Source of the DNA: Minisyncoccota bacterium
Lineage (GTDB): Bacteria; Patescibacteriota; Minisyncoccia; Phycocordibacterales; UBA9973
Reading direction: 5' to 3'
Length of the DNA: 64,000 bases
Assembly (NCBI GenBank): GCA_031291825.1
Contig: JARLIG010000008.1
Coordinates: 5,674-69,673 of the forward strand
The notes under the pieces are model-generated. The model was not told the DNA's origin, made no database searches, and saw nothing but the letters and a program-made list of their open reading frames with translations. Position 1 is the first letter of the stretch, and every line of letters begins with the position of its first letter. Position numbers and translations under genes: made by a program. Below, piece after piece: positions 1 to 8,427 of the stretch.

Positions 1-747
1 TCCACTAGCGGCATTTGTGCTGAGGTTTGCCCAAATGTAAGGCACCGACGAAGCACCTGAACCACCTACTGTCGTGAATTGAAGTTGTCCAAGAGGAACT
101 GAGTATGGCTGTGAACCAGTATTTGTGGTTCCAGTTTTAATATTAAAGGATAGAGTTTGATTAACTGATGCTGTAACAGCAACTTGGTCGCTATCTAAAA
201 TAGGAACAGTAAATGAACCAGAATCAGAAGGTGTGACGATGGTTATATTAGGTGTTGCGGTGGATGAAGGGTTTGTGAGGTGCGCGTTAGAAATGAAAAC
301 AGTAATTACATCGCCAGCATTGAGTGGATAAGTAGGAGTACCTGTAGGCGCAGTAAGGGTCAATGTGTTAGATCCATATGAAGCACCCCAGATAGTCGTT
401 GCACCAGCGGATGAAGCCATCGTTTCACCAGCGGCTGCACAAAAACCAGCAGCACTTGAAGTACCGTGCTCCAGACCAGTCGGACCGTGACAGACGTTTA
501 CATCACCGAAAACTGGCGTACCCGTAAAGGTGGCAAAGTTTATCGCGATTGTACCGCCGGCGGCAATTGCTGCAGTAGTTTTAAAAGCTATCGTATGTGA
601 TGACAGCGTGCTGACTGCTTGACGCGACATCGTATCTGATATTTTTGACAACGGACCCGTAGCATAGGTAAGTTGTGGACCGACAAGGAATACAAACAAG
701 GCGACTATCGTAAATGCACTAACAAACTTTGCAAATATATTTTTCAT
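1..747 (-). CDS. Secreted Thr/Ser/Gly-rich cell-surface protein (runs off window edge); shares a domain with 898..2592
   Basis: Hand-translated from ATG at 747: MKNIFAKFVSAFTIVALFVFLVGPQLTYAATG (signal peptide) ... VTASVNQTLSFNI...PYSVPLGQL...IWANLSTNAASG, matching ATVSQVITFKL...PYSVGLGIL...IWFDLTTNASSG in 898..2592. Confidence 0.8.
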   Translation of the reverse strand, partial: MKNIFAKFVSAFTIVALFVFLVGPQLTYATGPLSKISDTMSRQAVSTLSSHTIAFKTTAAIAAGGTIAINFATFTGTPVFGDVNVCHGPTGLEHGTSSAAGFCAAAGETMASSAGATTIWGASYGSNTLTLTAPTGTPTYPLNAGDVITVFISNAHLTNPSSTATPNITIVTPSDSGSFTVPILDSDQVAVTASVNQTLSFNIKTGTTNTGSQPYSVPLGQLQFTTVGGSGASSVPYIWANLSTNAASG

Positions 748-825
748 TTTTTTAAAGATAATAATAATAACTCTACACATAATACTACTTTGCTTAATTT
801 TAAGTAAGTAAAAATATACATAAAC

Positions 826-834
826 TGTGGATAA
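826..834 (-). promoter_or_regulatory. Perfect DnaA box (TTATCCACA) next to palindromic element
   Basis: TGTGGATAA on + strand, within small inverted repeat CTGTGGA-TAAC-TCCACAG (825-842). Confidence 0.55.
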
Positions 835-846
835 CTCCACAGACAA

Positions 847-894
847 TCCCAGACGTTGGACGTCTGGAAGAATACAGACGTCCAACGTCTGGGA
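847..894. repeat. 48-bp nested palindromic element, copy 1 (intergenic)
   Basis: TCCCAGACGTTGGACGTCTG-GAAGAATA-CAGACGTCCAACGTCTGGGA, perfect 20-bp arms. Confidence 0.95.
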
Positions 895-897
895 AAT

Positions 898-2592
898 TTA
901 AAATGTACTCGTCGCGATAAAATTAAGTGTATCGCTATAGTCATTGTGGGCGGGAGTAGCGGTACTGTTTTCTGCATTTACCATAATTTCCGCGCGTCCA
1001 GAATATAGTGCCGCATTTCCGGTATTGTAAATAATTTGTGGTGAAGTAGTGACCACTCCGACAGTATTTACATGTCCGGTTGTACAAGTTGCACCATTGA
1101 AAGGGGAAACCATATTAAAAGTTCCACTACCGTTTACGAGATTATCTTTGTCACAAATTCCATAATTGGCAACTCCAGGTGTCATGGTTGCGGTGGCAGA
1201 TGGGATAGTATCACTAGGCTTTGAAATAGATTTCAATGCGCCATTGGCTGACGAGACACTGACAACAGCTCCACTGCTTGCGTTGGTTGTCAGGTCAAAC
1301 CAAATAGAATTGATACTGCTTTCGTCGGAGTTGGAAGCTTGCGCAGTGGAAAGTATTCCTAAACCTACAGAATATGGAGCATAAGTTTCAGCGCTGGTTG
1401 ATGATGTGTCGTAAGTGCTTAATTTAAATGTGATGACTTGCGAAACAGTGGCTGAGGCTTCATTAGAAGTTCCAATAACATTACCGAATGCGTCTAAAGT
1501 CTGGACTACATAATAATATGTACCTGGAGCAAGACCTGTGTATGAATAGCTCGTAGCACTTCCGACAGAAGTGTAGGTGTAAGGACCGCCCGAAGTGCTT
1601 GACCATCCGACATTGTATCCAGAGACTGTCCAACCACCGACCGCGGTGGACGCAGGCCAGTTCAGATTTACTTGAGTGGCGACGGGTGTAGCAGTCAAAG
1701 TGCCGAGCGTGACTTGTGGATAATATAAAAATCCAAAATGCCCGATGAAATTTGTCGAAGACGCAACGTCAGTGAAAATAGTGTCACTGGAATCAATCAG
1801 TTGGAAGTTGGTGGATGTGCCATAATCGCCCATGGTGTTCATTACTGGGTCTTTGATAATAAAAGTTGAACCAGTCATACTGTCACTATCTATTGCTGTT
1901 GTCACTGCTTTAAAAGCAACGATATTTGTGTCGCTATTACTAGAAGCAGATAATGTTCCTGTGTTGTTGTAAGAACCAGCTGGTTGACTTATACCTTGTA
2001 CAATATAAGTAATCCATCCATGTGCACCAAAACTATCAGAAATAATTTGTGAAAATGGAGAATCAGGAGTAATAGATGATGTATCAGGCTTCAATTCTCC
2101 AAGAATTAAATCACTGCTACCAGTCGTAGTAATACTTCCACTTGAATAACTTGTAGAAGATGAAGTAAGGTTCACATTTCCGCCGTCATATGGATCTGCC
2201 GTTTTTAAGACACCACTATATTCCAAACACGACATAGTAATTATATTACTTGCAAACCCAGACATAGTTATTGCAGTGTTTCCTGCGGTAGTGTTGTAGG
2301 CATAAGCTACACCTACGTATGCATCAGACGAAGCAGTAACTTTTGTAAAAGAATCTCCTTGTGTGTCAGAAAAACTTATTCCAGATATACCTTGAAAATT
2401 AATTCTATACATCACCAACAAAAGATCACCAGCTCCTGTTGAAGAAAGAGAACACGTTGCAGTAGTGCTATTCACATCAACGGTTGTAGATTGGACTAGA
2501 TTTATAGATGCATGGGCTTTTGGTGCGTCAACAAAACCCATAGCAAAAATTAGAGAAAATATTATGATTGAAGGAATTATTTTTTTTATCAT
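898..2592 (-). CDS. Secreted surface protein with fibronectin type III-like domain and C-terminal beta-rich domain
   Basis: Signal peptide ending AHA; FN3-like LNWPAS...GYNV...YTGLAPGTYYYVVQT; C-terminus YSDTLNFIATSTF. Confidence 0.8.
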   Translation of the reverse strand: MIKKIIPSIIIFSLIFAMGFVDAPKAHASINLVQSTTVDVNSTTATCSLSSTGAGDLLLVMYRINFQGISGISFSDTQGDSFTKVTASSDAYVGVAYAYNTTAGNTAITMSGFASNIITMSCLEYSGVLKTADPYDGGNVNLTSSSTSYSSGSITTTGSSDLILGELKPDTSSITPDSPFSQIISDSFGAHGWITYIVQGISQPAGSYNNTGTLSASSNSDTNIVAFKAVTTAIDSDSMTGSTFIIKDPVMNTMGDYGTSTNFQLIDSSDTIFTDVASSTNFIGHFGFLYYPQVTLGTLTATPVATQVNLNWPASTAVGGWTVSGYNVGWSSTSGGPYTYTSVGSATSYSYTGLAPGTYYYVVQTLDAFGNVIGTSNEASATVSQVITFKLSTYDTSSTSAETYAPYSVGLGILSTAQASNSDESSINSIWFDLTTNASSGAVVSVSSANGALKSISKPSDTIPSATATMTPGVANYGICDKDNLVNGSGTFNMVSPFNGATCTTGHVNTVGVVTTSPQIIYNTGNAALYSGRAEIMVNAENSTATPAHNDYSDTLNFIATSTF

Positions 2593-2669
2593 GAATAAAT
2601 ATTCTGGTTGATATTATATTGTAAAATATTTTTGCAAAATAGGCAAAAATACACTAAGATAACCAAGTC

Positions 2670-2745
2670 GCCGTTGTAGCTCAGTTGGTAGAGCACGTCA
2701 TTGGTAATGACGAGGTCATCGGTTCAATCCCGATCAACGGCTCCA
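2670..2745 (+). tRNA. tRNA-Thr(GGT)
   Basis: Cloverleaf: GCCGTTG/CAACGGC acceptor, anticodon arm CGTCA-TTGGTAA-TGACG, GGTTCAATCC, encoded CCA. Confidence 0.96.
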
Positions 2746-2750
2746 TCTTT

Positions 2751-2797
2751 GCCGACGTAGCTCAGCTTGCCCCGCCTTGGCGGGGTGAAGTAGAGCA
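2751..2797 (+). pseudogene. tRNA-Thr-like 5' fragment with a hairpin inserted in the D-loop
   Basis: GCCGACGTAGCTCAG...GTAGAGCA (acceptor 5' strand and D-arm) interrupted by GCCCCGCCTTGGCGGGGT; no anticodon or T arm follows. Confidence 0.75.
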
Positions 2798-2809
2798 TGA
2801 GAATTAGAA

Positions 2810-2883
2810 GCCGATATAGTTCAGTGGCAGAACACTACTTTCGTAAAGTAGGAACATGGGTTCGATTCCCATTCTCGGCTCCA
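2810..2883 (+). tRNA. tRNA-Thr(CGT)
   Basis: Anticodon arm CTACT-TTCGTAA-AGTAG, T arm ATGGG-TTCGATT-CCCAT, CCA end; one acceptor mismatch. Confidence 0.9.
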
Positions 2884-2893
2884 AGAAAAAATT

Positions 2894-3784
2894 ATGGCAG
2901 AAGAAAATAATTCAACAATAGATGAACAAATAAAAAAGCTGGAGGAAGAAATGGTTAGTCCAGATTTTTGGAGTGACAAAATAAGAGCGCAAAATGTTTT
3001 AAGGGAACTGGCGGAATTGAAAGAAAAAAAAGAAGGCGTGAATAAATACGATAAAGGTAACGCCATCGTCACCATTATTTCCGGTGCGGGCGGAGACGAC
3101 GCCGAAGATTTTTCCAGTATGTTGCTTGCCATGTATATGAAATATGCCACGAAGAGAGGTTGGGGAATTTCTTTTGTGAGTGAACACAAGAACGACCAAG
3201 GCGGATATCGTAATGTTTCTTTTGAAGTCGAAGGGAAAAATGCTTATGGCACCTTAAAAAACGAAGGCGGAGTGCATCGTCTCGTACGCGTTTCACCTTT
3301 CAATGCAAAAAAATTACGGCATACTTCTTTTTCTTTAGTGGAAGTCTTGCCGAAGTTTTCCAAAATGGAAGAGCGCGACGTTGTATTGTCACCGGACGAT
3401 TTAAAAATAGAATTTGCGCGTTCCGGTGGTCCCGGCGGACAAAATGTAAACAAAAGAGAGACAGCTGTTCGCATCGTTCACATTCCGACAAACATTGCCG
3501 TTAGTGTTCGTACGGAACGTTCACAAGAACAAAACAAAGAACAAGCGCTCGCGATTCTTCGCGCAAAAATTTTCAAAAAAGCGGAAGCAGAAAAGAAATC
3601 GGTCGAAGAAAGTATGAAGCTGACTAAAGATACAGAGATTGAATGGGGCAATCAGATACGTTCTTATGTTTTGCATCCATACAAAATGGTCAAAGACCAC
3701 CGCACCGGCGCGGAGACATCAAACGTAGATGAAGTTTTGGATGGCAACTTAGATATTTTCATTGAGGCTGAGAAAAATTTGTGA
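2894..3784 (+). CDS. prfB: Peptide chain release factor 2 (short N-terminal domain)
   Basis: GVHRLVRVSPF (SPF anticodon mimic), GPGGQNVNK, WGNQIRSY. Confidence 0.95.
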   Translation: MAEENNSTIDEQIKKLEEEMVSPDFWSDKIRAQNVLRELAELKEKKEGVNKYDKGNAIVTIISGAGGDDAEDFSSMLLAMYMKYATKRGWGISFVSEHKNDQGGYRNVSFEVEGKNAYGTLKNEGGVHRLVRVSPFNAKKLRHTSFSLVEVLPKFSKMEERDVVLSPDDLKIEFARSGGPGGQNVNKRETAVRIVHIPTNIAVSVRTERSQEQNKEQALAILRAKIFKKAEAEKKSVEESMKLTKDTEIEWGNQIRSYVLHPYKMVKDHRTGAETSNVDEVLDGNLDIFIEAEKNL

Positions 3785-3796
3785 TAAGATGAGTAA

Positions 3797-4465
3797 GTGA
3801 TTTATTTTAATAACGTTTCTAAAATTTATAAAGATGCCACTGCGCTTCTCGATATTACTTTTACGGTTGAGGCAGGGGAATTTGTTTCTATCGTCGGACA
3901 TTCCGGCGCCGGCAAGACGACTCTCACAAAAATGATTTTAGCGGAAGAGAATCCAACGGATGGAACTGTTTTTTTTGAATCAATCAATGTGCATAAACTA
4001 AAAAGCAAAGATTTGACCAAGCTGAGGCGTCGTATTGGCGTCGTTTTTCAGGATTATAAATTGCTCTCAAATAAGACTGCTTATGAAAACATCGCTTTTG
4101 CGATGGAAGCAGTCGGTAAAACAGAAGAAGAAATTGCTTCCGATGTTCCACATGTTTTAGAACTGGTGGATTTGAGTCATCGGGTGAGTCATTTTCCACA
4201 CGAAATGTCTGGTGGAGAACAACAGCGTCTAGCAATTGCACGTGCTATCATCAACCAACCAGAACTGATTATTGCTGATGAGCCGACGGGGAATTTGGAC
4301 CCAGTGAACACGCATGAGATAGTGCAGATTCTAAAAAAAATAAATGATTTGGGTACAACCGTGATTTTAACCACTCATAATCGCGGAGTAATTGATTCGC
4401 TTAACAAGAGAGTCATTACGATGGAGAATGGTAAAATTATTCGAGACACCAAGACTAGCAAGTAA
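3797..4465 (+). CDS. ftsE: Cell division ATP-binding protein FtsE
   Basis: GHSGAGKT, LRRRIGVVFQD, SGGEQQR, DEPTGNLD; upstream of ftsX. Confidence 0.93.
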   Translation: MIYFNNVSKIYKDATALLDITFTVEAGEFVSIVGHSGAGKTTLTKMILAEENPTDGTVFFESINVHKLKSKDLTKLRRRIGVVFQDYKLLSNKTAYENIAFAMEAVGKTEEEIASDVPHVLELVDLSHRVSHFPHEMSGGEQQRLAIARAIINQPELIIADEPTGNLDPVNTHEIVQILKKINDLGTTVILTTHNRGVIDSLNKRVITMENGKIIRDTKTSK

Positions 4466-4480
4466 TGATATAATTCACTT

Positions 4481-5404
4481 ATGCCCATGACCAAATTTAA
4501 AAGAATAATCAAAGGCGGGTTCATAAACTTCAAAAGAGGTGGGATCGTTTCTTGGGCAGCGGTTTTAGTAGTCACCATTACTCTTTGTGTCATCACCTTA
4601 ATTATTCTTTTTCAAGCAGTTTTGCATTTTTCTCTTGACCAAGTCGAAAATAAAGTTGACGTGACGGTTTACTTCACTGTGGGCGCTCCGGAAGACCAGA
4701 TTCAAGCATTAAAAACTTCCTTGGAACAAATGCCGGAAGTGGCTTCTGTCGACTATACATCCGCCGACGATGCTTTAGCGCTTTTCCGCACTCGTCACGA
4801 AAATGATTATCCGACAATTCAGGCCTTGGATGAAATAGGAGAAAATCCACTCGGTGGATATTTGAACATTAAAGCTAAACAAGTTTCCGAATATGGAGAC
4901 ATCGCAAATTTCTTACAATCCGATAATGTGCTTTCTCTAAACTCAGCTTCGATTATTGATAAAGTAGATTATAATCAAAATGAGTTAGTGATTGATAGGT
5001 TAAATACGATTATTTCTAATGGACAAAAATTAGGCTTTTTAATCACTTTGATTTTGATAATTATTTCTATAATTGTTACTTTTAATACAATTCGCTTAAC
5101 AATTTTTATTTCCAAAGAAGAAATCGGGGTGATGGGTTTGGTTGGTGCCTCTAGAATGCACATTCGCGGACCGTTTATGATTGCTGGAGCAATTTACGGA
5201 ATTCTGGCGACGATTATTACCTTACTGCTTTTTTGGCCAGCAACTCTCTGGCTTGGACACAATATGACTGCTTTCCTAGGAATCAATATGTATGACTACT
5301 ATTTAGCCAGTTTCTTCCAAATTTTTACAATTCTTTTGTTATCGGGTATACTACTGGGAGTTATTTCGAGTTTCTTGGCAGTCAGGAAGTATTTAAATAA
5401 ATAA
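4481..5404 (+). CDS. ftsX: Cell division permease FtsX
   Basis: N-terminal TM, extracellular domain, NTIRLTI...EI.VM.LVGAS...IRGPF, further TMs. Confidence 0.92.
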   Translation: MPMTKFKRIIKGGFINFKRGGIVSWAAVLVVTITLCVITLIILFQAVLHFSLDQVENKVDVTVYFTVGAPEDQIQALKTSLEQMPEVASVDYTSADDALALFRTRHENDYPTIQALDEIGENPLGGYLNIKAKQVSEYGDIANFLQSDNVLSLNSASIIDKVDYNQNELVIDRLNTIISNGQKLGFLITLILIIISIIVTFNTIRLTIFISKEEIGVMGLVGASRMHIRGPFMIAGAIYGILATIITLLLFWPATLWLGHNMTAFLGINMYDYYLASFFQIFTILLLSGILLGVISSFLAVRKYLNK

Positions 5405-5409
5405 AAATA

Positions 5410-7065
5410 ATGGCGATTAAAAAAGAAACAAAATATATTTTCGTGGTGGGTGGCGTTATTTCCGGAGTTGGGAAAGGTGTTACTGCCTCCTCCTTAGGAC
5501 TTATTTTGAAAAATCGCGGACTCAATGTTACTGCTATAAAAATCGACCCTTATATCAACGTAGATGCCGGTACGATGAATCCGACCGAACACGGAGAAGT
5601 CTTTGTGCTTTCTGATGGAGATGAAACAGACCAAGATATGGGCAATTATGAAAGGTTCATGGATTTAAATTTAACCCGTATAAACTATATGACGACGGGC
5701 CGAGTGTACAAGACAGTTATCGAAAAAGAACGAAATTTGGAATACAAGGGAAAGTGCGTGGAAGTCGTGCCGCATATTCCGCTTGAAGTTATCGGGCGCA
5801 TCAAGAAAGCTGGCGAGATGGCGAAAGCGGATGTCGTGATTGTGGAAGTAGGAGGCACTATCGGAGAATACCAAAATATTTTATTCTTAGAAGCTGCTAG
5901 AATGTTAAAAATGGAAAGTCCCAAGGATGTTATTTTTGTGATGGTTTCTTATTTACCGACGCCTGGTAAAATTGGCGAAATGAAAACCAAGCCGACTCAA
6001 TATGCTGTGCGAACTTTAAATGCCTCAGGTATCCAACCCGATTTTTTAATTGCTCGAGGCGAGTCAAACTTAGACGAAAAGAGAAAAGAAAAGCTTTCTA
6101 TTTTTTGCAGTATGCCATGTGAGAGAGTTATTTCTGCTCCGGACGTAGATAGTATCTATGATATACCTATTAATTTTGAAAAAGAAAAATTATCTGATAA
6201 GTTGTGTGATATCTTAGGTGTGGCTTGTAAAAAACCAGATGCAAAATTGTGGAATGCTTGGAAAAATTTTGCAAAGTATTCGCACAATGGTAAAGAAGTT
6301 GTAAAAATCGGAGTGGTGGGAAAATATTTTGATTCAGGAGACTACATGCTTTCTGATTCATATCTTTCCGTGATTGAAGCGATAAAATATTCGGCCTACT
6401 CACAGGGCAGGAAGCCAATAATCTCTTGGTTAAATTCTGTTGATTATGAAAAACATCCAGAAAAACTTAAAGAATTAAAAAAATTTGACGGGATTGTTGT
6501 GCCGGGGGGTTTTGGTTCACGTGGAGTAGAAGGGAATCTAAAAGTTGTAAAATTTGTACGAGAAAACAAAATTCCTTACTTTGGACTTTGTTATGGTATG
6601 CAAATGATGGTCATCGAATACGCGCGCAATGTTCTTGGTTTAAAAGATGCGCACACAAGAGAAGTCAGCCCAAGCTCAAAGCACCTAGTGATTGATATCA
6701 TGGAGTCTCAAAAGGAAATTTTGAAAAATAATTTATACGGAGGTTCGATGCGTCTCGGGAATTATGATGCAGTCTTGCGCGATGGGACAATTGCCAGAAA
6801 TAGTTATGGAAAGAAAGAAATAGTTGAAAGACATCGTCATCGCTATGAGGTCAATCCTTCATTTATCGGAGACTTGGAACAAGCTGGTCTAGTTTTCTCT
6901 GGACGTTCACCAGATGGACACTTGATGGAGATATGCGAATTACCAAAGAATAAACATCCATTTTTCTTGGGTACACAATTTCATCCTGAATTTTTAGCGC
7001 ACCCACTTCGTCCACATCCACTTTTCACGGCTTTTATCAAAGCTTGTATTCCAAAGAAAAAATAA
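5410..7065 (+). CDS. pyrG: CTP synthase
   Basis: GGVISGVGKG, KIDPYINVDAGTM, KTKPTQ, GLCYGMQ, ERHRHRYE, QFHPE. Confidence 0.97.
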   Translation: MAIKKETKYIFVVGGVISGVGKGVTASSLGLILKNRGLNVTAIKIDPYINVDAGTMNPTEHGEVFVLSDGDETDQDMGNYERFMDLNLTRINYMTTGRVYKTVIEKERNLEYKGKCVEVVPHIPLEVIGRIKKAGEMAKADVVIVEVGGTIGEYQNILFLEAARMLKMESPKDVIFVMVSYLPTPGKIGEMKTKPTQYAVRTLNASGIQPDFLIARGESNLDEKRKEKLSIFCSMPCERVISAPDVDSIYDIPINFEKEKLSDKLCDILGVACKKPDAKLWNAWKNFAKYSHNGKEVVKIGVVGKYFDSGDYMLSDSYLSVIEAIKYSAYSQGRKPIISWLNSVDYEKHPEKLKELKKFDGIVVPGGFGSRGVEGNLKVVKFVRENKIPYFGLCYGMQMMVIEYARNVLGLKDAHTREVSPSSKHLVIDIMESQKEILKNNLYGGSMRLGNYDAVLRDGTIARNSYGKKEIVERHRHRYEVNPSFIGDLEQAGLVFSGRSPDGHLMEICELPKNKHPFFLGTQFHPEFLAHPLRPHPLFTAFIKACIPKKK

Positions 7066-7068
7066 ATT

Positions 7069-7689
7069 TTATTTCTTTTCTTCCTTCTTGTTTTTCTTAA
7101 TTACCTTTTTCTTCTTCTTTATTACCTTCTTGTCTACGAGGATTTCCTTCTCTAATTTTTTGATTTGCTTCTCTAATTTTTCTGTGCGGTCTGTCATTGC
7201 ATCTTTAAATTTATTAGTATGAACATTCAACATATCCGCGACATCCATCATGTCGGTGATATCTTCAATTGCCAGCAATATCAACGGTTTCATTTTCAAT
7301 TCTTCCTTGAGATGCATCTGTCGGGCATTCAAAATCATTACCTTGCGTCCGATTAAGGGAAATTTATGAATAACCTCGAAGCCTTTGAAGAAGGTATTTT
7401 TAGGTAGAATTTCTTCGAGTAGTCTACGCAGGTCAGGAATGTCCCATTGTCCATTTCCTAATTCATAAACAACCTTCTTTTCGGTATCTTTGGCTTCTAC
7501 TTGAAATGTGCGATAAAAAGGTTCATTGGCGGCCAAGACTCTTAAGTCTTTATCTAAAATTAAAACTGGCTCGCGAACGACATCTACGACTGTTTTGATG
7601 TAGGTCCAGCTTTCGTCCCAAAAACGTCCCACAAGGTCGATGGGTTCAATTTCAGAGCTTTTACTAGTCTGTGTTTTTTTTGCTTTCAT
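7069..7689 (-). CDS. Stand-alone PAS domain protein with coiled-coil, Lys-rich tail
   Basis: VVREPVLILDKDLRVLAANEPFYRTF...ELGNGQWDIP...LNAR resembles PAS_4-type domains. Confidence 0.8.
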   Translation of the reverse strand: MKAKKTQTSKSSEIEPIDLVGRFWDESWTYIKTVVDVVREPVLILDKDLRVLAANEPFYRTFQVEAKDTEKKVVYELGNGQWDIPDLRRLLEEILPKNTFFKGFEVIHKFPLIGRKVMILNARQMHLKEELKMKPLILLAIEDITDMMDVADMLNVHTNKFKDAMTDRTEKLEKQIKKLEKEILVDKKVIKKKKKVIKKNKKEEKK

Positions 7690-7855
7690 ATCAATTTAGA
7701 CGTTTTAAAATATCAGTCATTACATTAACATTATTATTTAAAATATGCTATACTGCGTGTAGTAATATATACTCGTTTTATACGTTATATTTTTTCCTCT
7801 TGTAATAAAAATATACCTCACACGGCTCCATCTATACTGCTTTATCAACACGGCA

Positions 7856-8368
7856 ATGAACAAAAAAGAAGAAGAAAGGCAGCAGGCCATACTAACCGTA
7901 GCGCATCGCGATTACGAGAAAGGCCTAAATGCGCGAGCTTTTTTTAAAATTAGCAATCGTGAAATTAGTGAAGATTTAGTGCAAGATACTTTCATTAAAA
8001 CTTGGACCTATTTAGTGAAAGGAGGGAAGATTGAAATAATGAAAGCTTTTCTTTATCACGTCCTAAACAATTTGATTGTCGACCAATATCGAAAACATAA
8101 AACCAGTTCACTCGACTTGTTGATGGAAAAAGGTTTTGAACCTGTAGACACTGAGGCGAAAATTTTCTCTGAAATTTTAGATGGTAGAAAAGCTCTACTG
8201 CTTATCGCACGACTGCCAAAAAAATATCAAAGAGTTATGCGAATGCGTTATGTGCAAGACCTGACACTTAAAGAAATGTCGATGATTACTGGAAAATCAA
8301 AAAACACACTTGCCGTGCAGGCTTTCCGGGGACTCGAATTACTTAAAGCTTTACATAATACAGAATAA
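7856..8368 (+). CDS. ECF-type sigma-70 factor
   Basis: SEDLVQDTFIKTW (region 2), NLIVDQYRK, LPKKYQRV...LTLKEMS (region 4). Confidence 0.9.
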   Translation: MNKKEEERQQAILTVAHRDYEKGLNARAFFKISNREISEDLVQDTFIKTWTYLVKGGKIEIMKAFLYHVLNNLIVDQYRKHKTSSLDLLMEKGFEPVDTEAKIFSEILDGRKALLLIARLPKKYQRVMRMRYVQDLTLKEMSMITGKSKNTLAVQAFRGLELLKALHNTE

Positions 8369-8372
8369 AATT

Positions 8373-8414
8373 TGCATAAAAAAACTCCACTGGTTAGTGG
8401 AGTTTTTTTATGCA
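8373..8414. terminator. Bidirectional intrinsic terminator
   Basis: 19-bp inverted repeat TGCATAAAAAAACTCCACT-GGTT-AGTGGAGTTTTTTTATGCA between convergent genes. Confidence 0.85.
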
Positions 8415-8427
8415 CAAGTTACTAATC

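Noticed and set aside
744-977. ORF-track 77-aa ORF, and 54391..54603 (+)
   Set aside because: Shadow ORFs that read through the stop-free palindrome or overlap real genes.
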